IMG/VR virus record: IMGVR_UViG_3300021431_000009
Reading direction: 5' to 3' (one strand)
DNA length: 22,478 bases
From: an uncultured virus (IMG/VR IMGVR_UViG_3300021431_000009)
Lineage: Duplodnaviria > Heunggongvirae > Uroviricota > Caudoviricetes
Below the pieces are notes generated by a model. That model was not told the DNA's origin, made no database searches, and was given only the letters and a program-made list of their open reading frames with translations. Positions 1 through 8,285 of this stretch are shown in pieces. Position 1 is the first letter of the stretch; every line of letters begins with the position of its first letter. Made by a program: the position numbers and the translations under genes.

Positions 1-1
1 G

Positions 2-124
2 TCTGCACTGAAGATTGAAAAAGAGAATGACAAATTCACAGCGGTTGGTAGTTTCTTCCTACTTGAGAAGGAGAGATTCCCAAAAACACTGAAGGCTATT
101 CAAGAGCTAAAACACAAGAATTAA
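2..124 (+). CDS. 3' end of a hypothetical protein (partial, ...SALKIEKENDKFTAVGSFFLLEKERFPKTLKAIQELKHKN*)
   Basis: Open frame from position 2 to TAA at 122-124, overlapping the next ATG (TAATG), which suggests translational coupling. Confidence 0.6.
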   Translation, partial: SALKIEKENDKFTAVGSFFLLEKERFPKTLKAIQELKHKN

Positions 125-477
125 TGACGGTGGTTTTCCGAATTACGAGGCAGTCTGAGAAGTTTCGTGTTGACAAGCGTATCTTTTTCATGTATTATGG
201 ATTAGGGTGTGTCACTGACTTCAAGGACTGTTTCGGTCTTGTATGCGTAGATTGTTTCTTTGAGAGAGCAAAGCGAGCTATTGTAAAAGACCCTGCGGGA
301 CCCAACAAAAAGATGATAATCAACTATGAGTTCAATAAAAGCCACAACAGAGAAGAGGACTACAGAAATCTTCCATACGTAAAGGTTCTACCTTGTAAGC
401 TCTCCTTTTTAGAGACTCTACTACTCAGGATAGACTCCATAATATCTTACCTAAGACTTTTTAATGCTCCCGATTAG
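124..477 (+). CDS. hypothetical protein
   Basis: 117-aa ORF coupled to the upstream stop; no recognisable motif. Confidence 0.5.
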   Translation: MTVVFRITRQSEKFRVDKRIFFMYYGLGCVTDFKDCFGLVCVDCFFERAKRAIVKDPAGPNKKMIINYEFNKSHNREEDYRNLPYVKVLPCKLSFLETLLLRIDSIISYLRLFNAPD

Positions 478-519
478 CGGAGCCAGTTTTCATTATTTAT
501 TAACTAAATTAAAGGCTTT

Positions 520-1380
520 ATGAAAAAGTTACTTTATCTTCTTGCGCTTTTCGGCGTTGCGATGTTCACATCGTGTAGTAACGAACTGAACGAGGATGTG
601 GCTCCTCCACCGACAAATGAGCAGGCGAAACTTGTCACGTTTACATTCGGGCAGTTTACCCAACAGGCCATAACCCGCGCAAGTTTGTCTGAGGCGCGAA
701 TGACTGACTTGTGGATGTTTGACTACATCGGTGACGAACTGAAACAGACAATTCACCAATCAAGTAGTGACGAAGGTTTCGGGTCAATCTCCGCTACAAT
801 GTCTTATGGCAATCACACGTTATACTTTGTCGCTTCTCGTGGAGAGACACCTACGGTAAATACGGAGTTGCATAAGATTACGTGGGATAAACCATTGGAC
901 ACTTTTTGGGCCACAACTACGATGACGGTGAGTTCTACATCTGGAAGTGCTGAGGCTATTTCTCTCCAGCGTGCCGTAACGAGGTTTAAAATTACCTTGC
1001 TCGATGAAATAACGAGTGAAATGGCTAAGATTTCAGTAACTCCTGCACGGTGGTACTACGGAATTGACTACGTTACAGGTGATGGCACTGATGCAATTGA
1101 TAGTCAACCGAGGACGGCAACTATTCCGTCTAACTATATAGGAACCAGTGGAACTTTGAATTTCTCAATATTTAGCTTCGTTCCTACAAGTGATTGGCAG
1201 ACGGATTTCTCTTGCAATCTTTTGGCTTCTGATGAATCAGTCCTTAGCTCCGTCACTCTTGAAAACGTAAGCCTAAAGAAAAATATCACAACATCTTATT
1301 CAGGCTACATTCTTAGTAGCAAAACTTTTACGCTTACAGTTGACGATACTTGGGGAACCGAGGAAACGTACACATGGTAA
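520..1380 (+). CDS. Bacteroidota lipoprotein, type V pilin-like (FimB/Mfa2/fimbrillin-like)
   Basis: Signal peptide II MKKLLYLLALFGVAMFTS|C with acidic residues after the Cys; propeptide Arg site ITR|AS; LQRAVTRFKI motif; C-terminal VDDTWGTEETYTW strand; Ser/Thr-rich, beta-type composition. Confidence 0.75.
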   Translation: MKKLLYLLALFGVAMFTSCSNELNEDVAPPPTNEQAKLVTFTFGQFTQQAITRASLSEARMTDLWMFDYIGDELKQTIHQSSSDEGFGSISATMSYGNHTLYFVASRGETPTVNTELHKITWDKPLDTFWATTTMTVSSTSGSAEAISLQRAVTRFKITLLDEITSEMAKISVTPARWYYGIDYVTGDGTDAIDSQPRTATIPSNYIGTSGTLNFSIFSFVPTSDWQTDFSCNLLASDESVLSSVTLENVSLKKNITTSYSGYILSSKTFTLTVDDTWGTEETYTW

Positions 1381-1423
1381 GCAATATTGGTAAATAGTAA
1401 TAAACTAAATTAAAGACAAAATT

Positions 1424-2293
1424 ATGAAAAAGATTATTTTTATTCTGATGGCGTTAATCGCCTTCACATCGTGTGAGAAAACCATTCTCGATGACACTGA
1501 AACAACCAGCAGTAGTAAGGGAAAGGCAAAGGGAAATGTTACCCTTATGATTTCTACGTACAACACTCAGGCGTTTACTCGCTCGGCTACTGATGTATCG
1601 GAAGTTGTAACGAGGTTGAATGTGGGAATCTTTGATTCTGAGGGAACTTCCGTGAAGACAGTGGCACAGAAGAAGGGAGACTCTGAATATGGTTCTATGT
1701 CGTTCTCTCTGCCAGCAGGTACATATACGGTTGTTGCAATGGGTCATAACAAGGAGACTTCTGTTGCCGCGAATAGCATGACTGATATTTCATTCAGCGG
1801 AGGCCCTTCTGATGTGTTTCTCTACTATGGCACCATTGATGTGACGGAAGAACCGCAGACGTATAATCTCTCGATGAATCGTGTTGTAGGTATGTTCCGC
1901 CTTACATTGACAGATGAGAGTATTCCAGAGGGTGTAACAAGTCTTGCAGTTTCAATTGCGGGCGGTTCTATTCACTTGAATCCGTCAACAGGTTTCGGTG
2001 GCACAAATAAGACTCCACAGAAAACAACTATTGATGTTGCAGCAGGGCAGAAAGTGTTTGAGGTTTATACTTTCCCACAAGCCGGAGGCATCACAGCTAA
2101 TATCACAGTTACTGCCAAAAGCTCTGATGGAACTGAAATCGCCAAAAAGGTGTTTAGTGATGTACCCATACGAACAAATGAGATTACTTCTTTCACGGGT
2201 AAACTGTTCGACGGTGTAACAACAGTCACTTCTTCATCTTTGGGATTTACAGCAGACCCGGAATGGGGAGGTTCCAATGAATATACTTTTTAA
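1424..2293 (+). CDS. Bacteroidota lipoprotein, type V pilin-like (FimB/Mfa2/fimbrillin-like), paralog of 520..1380
   Basis: Signal peptide II MKKIIFILMALIAFTS|C; FTR|SA site; MNRVVGMFRL motif; VPIRTNEITSFTG; C-terminal ADPEWGGSNEYTF; collinear with the upstream paralog. Confidence 0.75.
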   Translation: MKKIIFILMALIAFTSCEKTILDDTETTSSSKGKAKGNVTLMISTYNTQAFTRSATDVSEVVTRLNVGIFDSEGTSVKTVAQKKGDSEYGSMSFSLPAGTYTVVAMGHNKETSVAANSMTDISFSGGPSDVFLYYGTIDVTEEPQTYNLSMNRVVGMFRLTLTDESIPEGVTSLAVSIAGGSIHLNPSTGFGGTNKTPQKTTIDVAAGQKVFEVYTFPQAGGITANITVTAKSSDGTEIAKKVFSDVPIRTNEITSFTGKLFDGVTTVTSSSLGFTADPEWGGSNEYTF

Positions 2294-2371
2294 GATTTCT
2301 CTCAAATCAAGTAACGAGCGCTCGTGAGAGCTTTAGTTTTTTGTCTTTGTTAGCCTTAATTTATATAAGTG

Positions 2372-2404
2372 GGTGGGAGTGCCAAAGAGCATTTCCACCT
2401 TTTT
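2372..2404 (+). terminator. intrinsic terminator after the lipoprotein pair
   Basis: Stem GGTGGGAGTGC / GCATTTCCACC (two G-U pairs), loop CAAAGA, followed by TTTTT. Confidence 0.75.
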
Positions 2405-3650
2405 CTATGCCAAATTTGGGGAGAAACGTGGGGAAAGCACAAAATTCTATTCAAATCGTCCAGAAAATTACCCATTTCTCCATGCGAAAAATAGTGGAGT
2501 AAAAATATCATGGTAAAAATAACTGAAAAGCCCTATAAATAAAGGAGTTTTAGTTATCTTATAAGGTATAACATATACATAGGGCAAGCATTACGTATAG
2601 GGGAAATAATGCGGTTTTATATTTAAGTACACAGAAACTCCCACAAAAAGAAACAAAAGCGCCCGCCAATAATGAGTATTTACTATTAATAATATACCAA
2701 TATATACTAATAGACATACTATGTATAGACAAAACTTACTGTAAATGTGTATTGTGGTAACCGCCGGATGCGCGTGGAACGGTTAGTTTCTTAGCTTTAG
2801 ATGGGTAAAGTAAGGAAATTAATAGTGGAATAAGCATTTTATGGCGTTATTTTGGTTACTTTTATTAAGAAACAGCGCTTTAGTTTAATTTTTACCGCGT
2901 TTAGTTATCTATTGCTATTAGTATATACATATAAGAGACATTATAATACTAAGGAAATATATCTCCCGCTATTAGTATTATATAAGATAGACACATACTA
3001 ATAAGAATTGCGCGTTTTATTTTCCAGAATTATTTAGGGCGGCATGGATTTTTAAGCGCGGATTAGTTATTTTAGTCAGATAAGATTAGTTACTCTTACT
3101 AATAAGCCCATTGCTCAACATAGGGGTACCCTTAAATTGGATTGCACATGGACATGGCTGCGGGTACATAACATAGGTAAGAACGTAGTTTAGAAATGTG
3201 GGTGTTGTATTTTTATAGAAATAACTACTTGCTGAGCAGATAACTCGATTCCAATGATAGACCCTACCCTTAAATTAAGGTGTGTTTTCTATTAGGTGGT
3301 GGGTATATCAGTTATAAGAGAGTAAAATAAGAGTATTAGGTGTGATTTCTCTTTATAACAATAACAAATATGGAGTAAAAAGCGTGATTTGGAAGTTTCA
3401 TTTTATTATATACGGGTATGTGAGCGTGATTTGTGGGTATCATAAAAATTTTGTATATTTACTTAATGAAAAAATGAAATATGCTGGACATTCATGGAGT
3501 AAACAAACCTTGGGGTACTTGGCGGACAAGAATATTATTAGTTATTTTAATAAAGATAATAGATATATAAATATAGTAAAATATACTTGGCTGAGCGTTG
3601 ATTGAAGGTAAAAGCCCACTTTCCTTACTATTTAACGATAATATACATAT
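2405..3650. other. long AT-rich non-coding region with short direct and inverted repeats (candidate origin, genome-end or control region)
   Basis: No credible ORF. TACTAATA core in both orientations (2701-2713 is the reverse complement of 2915-2927); GCTATTAGTAT at 2914 and 2968; TACCCTTAAATT at 3127 and 3265. Confidence 0.45.
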
Positions 3651-3651
3651 T

Positions 3652-3714
3652 GTTACCTTTATGTTAATAACTATTAAATAACTACCATGATATTGTTATT
3701 GTGTTAAAAATAAC
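3652..3714. promoter_or_regulatory. array of putative operator sites GTTA-N12-TAAC (3652-3671, 3663-3682, 3695-3714)
   Basis: Three 20-bp sites with identical spacing, each followed by TA, directly upstream of the promoter at 3743. Confidence 0.55.
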
Positions 3715-3742
3715 TAAATTGTGTAAGATTCTTGTGGAAATA

Positions 3743-3774
3743 TTTGGTTATTTCAAAAGAAATAACTATCTTTG
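3743..3774 (+). promoter_or_regulatory. Bacteroidota sigma70-type promoter P1 with palindromic spacer
   Basis: -33 TTTG (3743-3746), 20-nt spacer GTTATTTC-AAAA-GAAATAAC, -7 TATCTTTG (3767-3774); 3739-3777 is identical to 8250-8288. Confidence 0.8.
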
Positions 3775-3812
3775 TATTACAAATTGAATGTTTCACTTAA
3801 AGCATTAGAATT

Positions 3813-4274
3813 ATGGCAAGGACAAGATTTAGTATTTATGACATGGACACAGTTACCAACGAGCAACTGATTTCCATTGCACATGAAAAGGGTGAGTATG
3901 AAAAGGAATTGGAAAACCTCGAACCATACGACCCTGCGTATGTAACGGATGAACCTTATGAGATTCCCGACATCAGTAGTTACGAGAAGAAATTCAATCG
4001 TAAGGTTTCCATTATCGAGAACAAGCTCAAGAAGAACCACATTGCTTTTGAATGGCTTGAGCAGCATGAAATGTTCCGTGTAGGCAAGAAGCGTCAGGGT
4101 GATAACGGTGAAATGTCAGACTACTACACTTATCAATATATCGCTGTTTACATGGAGACGAATGAATATGCTTTCGGTGGTTGGGAGGAAGACCGTTGTG
4201 TATCGACAAGAATCTCTGAGGTGATAGCAAGTGTTAATGAATGGTTGCACAACAACGAACCCGGATTGAAATGA
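3813..4274 (+). CDS. hypothetical acidic protein, first gene after P1
   Basis: 153-aa ORF with AT-rich leader (GAATTATG); its stop overlaps the next ATG. Confidence 0.75.
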   Translation: MARTRFSIYDMDTVTNEQLISIAHEKGEYEKELENLEPYDPAYVTDEPYEIPDISSYEKKFNRKVSIIENKLKKNHIAFEWLEQHEMFRVGKKRQGDNGEMSDYYTYQYIAVYMETNEYAFGGWEEDRCVSTRISEVIASVNEWLHNNEPGLK

Positions 4275-5035
4275 GAACAATGGTTGAGATATTCGGACAG
4301 GAGTATGGTTTCTGCCGTTCAGCGAAAGCCAACTACTCTGACAAGTTCAACAGGGCTGTCAAATTAGCCTGTATGTTTGAACAGCTATCTGACAAATTGG
4401 ACGGGATGATTTCTCGTGGAGGCTTTGTTACTGAGAATGCACGACTCGCACTTGCATTGAAGATGATGATGAACACAGGTATCCGCATCGGTAACGAAGG
4501 TAGTGCAGAGGGGTATATGACCAAGCCGCATCCTTACTCAAAGGAGGAACCGAAGTTCGTGCAGACCTACGGACTCACAACCATTACAAGGCAACACGTA
4601 CAGGTTAAGGGCCGTAGAGTCTTGTTCTTCTTCCTTGGCAAGAAGCACGTTGACAATACTTTCGAGGTGACAGGGGATTTGGCTAAGCAGATACGCGCGT
4701 ACCTTAAAGTATATAATGGTGATACACTATTCGACATCACTGCTTACCAGCTTACGAAGTTCATTAAGAGGTATGTGGGCCGCAGCTTCACTCCCAAGGA
4801 CTTCCGAACCATGAGGGCTAATATGTACGCCTATGAAATGATGGAGGAAATCTTGGACCGTGAGAATCCAACTACCAAGAGTGAGTACAACAAGGAGGTA
4901 AAGGAGATAGCCGAGTACGTATCGGAGCATTTGAACAATACAGCGTCTGTCTGCAAGACGAGTTATATAGATTCTTATTTATGGGATGAGTTTGCAGAGG
5001 CTCGCCCTATCATTAAACAACATGGTAAACGATAA
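4271..5035 (+). CDS. DNA topoisomerase IB (poxviral/bacterial type), essentially catalytic domain only
   Basis: TopIB motifs in order: GIRIGNE (catalytic Arg), YGLTT, FLGKK (Lys), PKDFRT (Lys/Arg), HLNNT..VCKTSYI (Asn at the His position, Tyr nucleophile). Start placed at 4271 because of the ATGA overlap with the upstream stop (254 aa). Confidence 0.88.
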   Translation: MRTMVEIFGQEYGFCRSAKANYSDKFNRAVKLACMFEQLSDKLDGMISRGGFVTENARLALALKMMMNTGIRIGNEGSAEGYMTKPHPYSKEEPKFVQTYGLTTITRQHVQVKGRRVLFFFLGKKHVDNTFEVTGDLAKQIRAYLKVYNGDTLFDITAYQLTKFIKRYVGRSFTPKDFRTMRANMYAYEMMEEILDRENPTTKSEYNKEVKEIAEYVSEHLNNTASVCKTSYIDSYLWDEFAEARPIIKQHGKR

Positions 5036-5207
5036 AAGATTCCAAGGTCTTACCGACCAGGCAGACTTCTATCTGAACTTGAAGCATGATAGAGGTTTCC
5101 TTTCTGAACAGCAGAAAGACCATCTGAGAGAAATTAGGGACACATTGTTCGCCGAGTATGGTGCAGCAGCGTCCGAGTGGCTAACCGAAATAAATGATGC
5201 ACTATGA
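5022..5207 (+). CDS. small hypothetical protein
   Basis: In-frame ATG at 5022 (MVNDKRFQGL...) overlaps the TopIB end; the stop overlaps the next ATG. Confidence 0.6.
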   Translation: MVNDKRFQGLTDQADFYLNLKHDRGFLSEQQKDHLREIRDTLFAEYGAAASEWLTEINDAL

Positions 5208-5428
5208 TGGAAGAGATTATCATGCACAGCTCATTCATAATGAGTGCAGCGTACAATGAGGACAAGCAGTGTCTAAGACTTGAGATTCATTCTACCTATT
5301 ATTACTACTATGGAGTGACCAGGCAGAAGGTATCACGGTTCAAGAAAGCGGAGTCCAAGGGTAAATACTTTATCCGTTTCATCAAAGGTCAGTATGAGGT
5401 TCTTAAACGTAAAGCAAGGAGGGCATAA
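5204..5428 (+). CDS. KTSC domain protein
   Basis: SSFIMSAAYN...LRLE...YYYYGV......FKKAESKGKYF..FIKGQY matches the KTSC pattern SS.I....Y.....L...F....Y.Y..VP.......A.S.G.Y....I. Confidence 0.8.
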   Translation: MMEEIIMHSSFIMSAAYNEDKQCLRLEIHSTYYYYYGVTRQKVSRFKKAESKGKYFIRFIKGQYEVLKRKARRA

Positions 5429-5429
5429 T

Positions 5430-5819
5430 ATGGAAAGCATCATTTATAAAAGAGTCTGGGTTAATATCACAGCTAAGTTCGTAACACACTGTCCTTACAG
5501 ACGCGGACTTCTTGTCGGGAGCCATGCGTGTTTCTTCTGCAAGCATTGCAAGGGAAGAACTGAGGATACGGTTAAATGCACGTTCAGTGACTTCTATGTG
5601 CCGGCAAAGGATGAGAAGCCGAGGGAGATTGTTTCTATTGATGTAATGGTTCATGGTGAATTTCGCAGGACACTCAAGGTGAAACCTACGGGCCTCAAGA
5701 TAATCAACGAGACTATGTATAAGGTCCCAACCAAGGCTGACATTGACAGCGCGGTGGCACAGCATTGCCCGCTTGTTTACAAATATGAGAAATGGAATGT
5801 CGAATATAATTATAGGTAA
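5430..5819 (+). CDS. hypothetical protein with Cys cluster (possible metal binding)
   Basis: HCPY...HACFFCKHCKG......KC; start chosen at ATG 5430 just after the KTSC stop. Confidence 0.6.
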   Translation: MESIIYKRVWVNITAKFVTHCPYRRGLLVGSHACFFCKHCKGRTEDTVKCTFSDFYVPAKDEKPREIVSIDVMVHGEFRRTLKVKPTGLKIINETMYKVPTKADIDSAVAQHCPLVYKYEKWNVEYNYR

Positions 5820-5820
5820 T

Positions 5821-6030
5821 ATGTATAAGATTGAAAAAGCGGTAGAAGCCACATGGAACTTCTTTAATGGAAAGTTCGGTCGTAAGGTCCTCAAGCAGCC
5901 GTACAGAAGGTGGTGGAGAATATTTTGGTTCGTGTTTAACGCTTACTTGGTTATCAGGTACATCATGTTCCCATTCTTTGAGTGGTGGCAGCCGATAGTC
6001 AATAAGCTCAACTATATAGTCTGGGGATAA
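5821..6030 (+). CDS. small membrane protein
   Basis: ATG 5821 follows the upstream stop; aromatic/hydrophobic segment WWRIFWFVFNAYLVIRYIMFPFF. Confidence 0.6.
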   Translation: MYKIEKAVEATWNFFNGKFGRKVLKQPYRRWWRIFWFVFNAYLVIRYIMFPFFEWWQPIVNKLNYIVWG

Positions 6031-6476
6031 TGCCAAGGAGGAAAGCGGTGTCAGACTTTGACATCAGCTCTGAGATAACCGAGGTTCATTATACAAGATT
6101 GTCACACAAGGAGTTCAGGAGTTTCCTGCGTTGTAATGAGAAGTCCTTGCCAAGACAAAAGCGTGCGCAGGCACTCTTGGACTACCTTTGTGACAAATAT
6201 GACTTACCGCCGATGCGGATACGTATTGTTGATGAACCACAGCTCAGACGCAATGGGAGAACTTTTGAGGCGTTCTATTATTTCAAGAGTAAGACCGTCA
6301 AGGTGTATAACATTACGGCGGTTAAAGAGTACACGGTGTCAATAAAGGTCATGGCCATTACTATTCTACATGAGTTCATGCACCATTATGACAGGTACTA
6401 TCTTGGAATAGAGAGCACTCCACATACAAAGGGATTTTTTGAAAGAATTAAGGATTTAAGAAGTAAACTACAATGA
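6030..6476 (+). CDS. putative zinc metallopeptidase (HExxH; SprT/WLM-like minigluzincin)
   Basis: ITILHEFMHH followed about 12 aa later by PHTKGF (third His ligand plus Phe), the arrangement seen in SprT/WLM/YgjP-like domains; basic N-terminus. Confidence 0.65.
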   Translation: MPRRKAVSDFDISSEITEVHYTRLSHKEFRSFLRCNEKSLPRQKRAQALLDYLCDKYDLPPMRIRIVDEPQLRRNGRTFEAFYYFKSKTVKVYNITAVKEYTVSIKVMAITILHEFMHHYDRYYLGIESTPHTKGFFERIKDLRSKLQ

Positions 6477-6850
6477 ATTTGTTAGATGAGGCTAAGAGAC
6501 AGAACGGCAGGAGCCGTGCTTGTCAGAAGTGTAAGTTTTCAAAGGCGTGTCCGCCTGATGTGTGGGACGTTTGCCACAGGGCATTTATCGAGGGTTTCTT
6601 AAAGGGAAACAAGCATAAAGGTTTATGCCATGAGGATATGCAGTTCCTTATAAAGACATGGAGTCTTAATATCTCTTATGGCGGAAAGCTCATATATGCT
6701 GTGGAGTCCTCTCGCGGAGGTGTCAGACTTCTATCTAATGAGCATAGCGGGTATGCTTGCATAGGATACCTATCTGATTTGCCCAATAGTGAGCAGGAAT
6801 CTATTAAGAATTTAATCATAGAAAAATTTAAGAGTTATGGGTACAAGTAG
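6473..6850 (+). CDS. hypothetical protein with N-terminal Cys motif
   Basis: CQKCKFSKAC......C; ATGA overlap with the upstream gene. Confidence 0.6.
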   Translation: MNLLDEAKRQNGRSRACQKCKFSKACPPDVWDVCHRAFIEGFLKGNKHKGLCHEDMQFLIKTWSLNISYGGKLIYAVESSRGGVRLLSNEHSGYACIGYLSDLPNSEQESIKNLIIEKFKSYGYK

Positions 6851-7055
6851 AATGATTTGGGAGGGCTGGACAGTTCAGGATTTCATCAATGAATTGGAGC
6901 CACAGCTCGAAACTATAATGAGTGGGAACAGTTGGCGCAAGCCTCTTTCCACTAAGCAGGAACTGAAGGAGTGGTGTAAAGACAACCAACCCTACTACAA
7001 GAAGTATATTCCAGAAGTCGTAACCTATTTTTCTAAGAAATACAATTTAAAATAA
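6837..7055 (+). CDS. hypothetical protein
   Basis: 72-aa ORF tightly packed in the operon. Confidence 0.65.
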   Translation: MGTSRMIWEGWTVQDFINELEPQLETIMSGNSWRKPLSTKQELKEWCKDNQPYYKKYIPEVVTYFSKKYNLK

Positions 7056-7351
7056 TGGCACAGCATTTTGAAGAGTTCTACTCCAACACGTTTGGATGTA
7101 TGATGAAGCAGGTAGGCGCTCACATGGCGCGTAAGATGTTTAATGAAGGTCACACGGTGTATTTTCATCCGTCAAAGACGCGGTTCGATAATCCTTGGCA
7201 GTCCCCGATCCCAATCAGCAAGGAATCTTGGGAGCACAATATTGTTACATCGGCAATAGACCCATTTGATAACGCTTGCAATCATTTCAGGGTCTATAAC
7301 TGCGACAGCGAGAGAGGTAAAGGTATTCACTATTTTATACAAGTTAAGTAA
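7055..7351 (+). CDS. hypothetical protein
   Basis: 98-aa ORF, TAATG overlap. Confidence 0.65.
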   Translation: MAQHFEEFYSNTFGCMMKQVGAHMARKMFNEGHTVYFHPSKTRFDNPWQSPIPISKESWEHNIVTSAIDPFDNACNHFRVYNCDSERGKGIHYFIQVK

Positions 7352-7352
7352 T

Positions 7353-7949
7353 ATGAAGACGAATTATTCTTTTTGTGACAAACCAGTTATTCTTAGGAAC
7401 GGCGATGTCTATGACACAGACGGGAAACTGCTGGGTCGTCTATACACAGACAGGGCAGGTGAGAGTTACGTGTTAGGGTTTGACCATAAAGGCCCTATCA
7501 AGTATGATGAAAAAGGCATTGATGTATGGTTCGGTATTCCCACACCCAAGGCTCAGGCTGAAATGGAGGAGTATCTGAAGACCCATAACATTAATGATTA
7601 TTTCCCCGCGTATGGGGCAAGGCTTCACAATAACCATTTCGTGCTTATGGAGGTCGCTGAGGAGGTTAAGAAGCAGGGATTCACTTGCTATTGTGCCAAG
7701 GACAGGTATGATTGCAAGACTACGGAGTTCGTGTATGCGATTCGCGGTAATGAATGTGTATTGTTCGGGTTCAAGGAAGTTCCTTATCAGTGGTATGTTT
7801 ACAGCACACATTATCCCGGACTTACATCGGGGCTTATAAAGTTCAGCAGTTATGATTACCCGTTTGACATGGATGATATTCTCTCGCAGGTAGGACCTAA
7901 TAGGTTTAAGGATGGTTACTTCGATTCACCTTACTATCAGAAGTTATGA
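7353..7949 (+). CDS. hypothetical protein
   Basis: Likely start at ATG 7353 (MKTNYSF...), just after the upstream stop; aromatic-rich. Confidence 0.65.
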   Translation: MKTNYSFCDKPVILRNGDVYDTDGKLLGRLYTDRAGESYVLGFDHKGPIKYDEKGIDVWFGIPTPKAQAEMEEYLKTHNINDYFPAYGARLHNNHFVLMEVAEEVKKQGFTCYCAKDRYDCKTTEFVYAIRGNECVLFGFKEVPYQWYVYSTHYPGLTSGLIKFSSYDYPFDMDDILSQVGPNRFKDGYFDSPYYQKL

Positions 7950-8179
7950 GGTACGTTTGCAATTGTTCGGATGTCTCTTTGAGTGAGTGGGAGGAGCTGA
8001 TGAAGGACAATTACCCAATTGACTATCAGGAACTGGTTAGTAAGGTTAAATGTGAGCTACCAAGGCTATATAATGAGCTGATGCTGGACTTCTATAATCC
8101 TTATGGGGTTCAATCGTGTCAGACCAAGACCCATTATATCCTTGTTCATTCGGCAATAGAGTACTTCATAGAAAAATAG
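7946..8179 (+). CDS. hypothetical protein
   Basis: 77-aa ORF, ATGA overlap; last gene before P2. Confidence 0.7.
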   Translation: MRYVCNCSDVSLSEWEELMKDNYPIDYQELVSKVKCELPRLYNELMLDFYNPYGVQSCQTKTHYILVHSAIEYFIEK

Positions 8180-8187
8180 CCAAAATT

Positions 8188-8236
8188 GTTACTTTAATAA
8201 AAATTAACTAAATATTGTTACTTTGTTAAAAATAAC
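8188..8236. promoter_or_regulatory. putative operator sites upstream of P2 (GTTA-N13-TAAC 8188-8208; GTTA-N12-TAAC 8217-8236)
   Basis: Same motif and similar geometry as upstream of P1. Confidence 0.55.
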
Positions 8237-8253
8237 TAAATCTTTCAAGAATA

Positions 8254-8285
8254 TTTGGTTATTTCAAAAGAAATAACTATCTTTG
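8254..8285 (+). promoter_or_regulatory. Bacteroidota sigma70-type promoter P2, identical to P1
   Basis: TTTG (8254-8257) + GTTATTTCAAAAGAAATAAC + TATCTTTG (8278-8285). Confidence 0.8.

Noticed and set aside
520..2293. Diversity-generating retroelement or invertible phase-variation system acting on the lipoproteins
   Set aside because: No reverse transcriptase, no TR/VR pair differing at adenines, and no invertase or flanking inverted repeats visible in the window.
2314..2341. Small hairpin GCTC-GTGA-GAGC with T-rich tail after the second lipoprotein gene
   Set aside because: The stem is too short to call separately; the stronger terminator at 2372-2404 explains the transcript end.
3342..3605. 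87-aa ORF in the AT-rich intergenic region
   Set aside because: GTG start, low-complexity Ile/Tyr/Asn/Lys composition expected from AT-rich DNA, no promoter or coupling, and it overlaps an operator-like site.
2405..3780. CRISPR array or tRNA cluster in the non-coding region
   Set aside because: No regularly spaced 25-45 bp repeats with unique spacers and no cloverleaf or TTCGA T-loop pattern seen.
4271..5035. Tyrosine integrase or protelomerase instead of TopIB
   Set aside because: GIRxGNE, YGLTT, FxGK, KDFRT and NT..VC..SYI are TopIB signatures; the HxLR and LGH boxes of tyrosine recombinases are absent.
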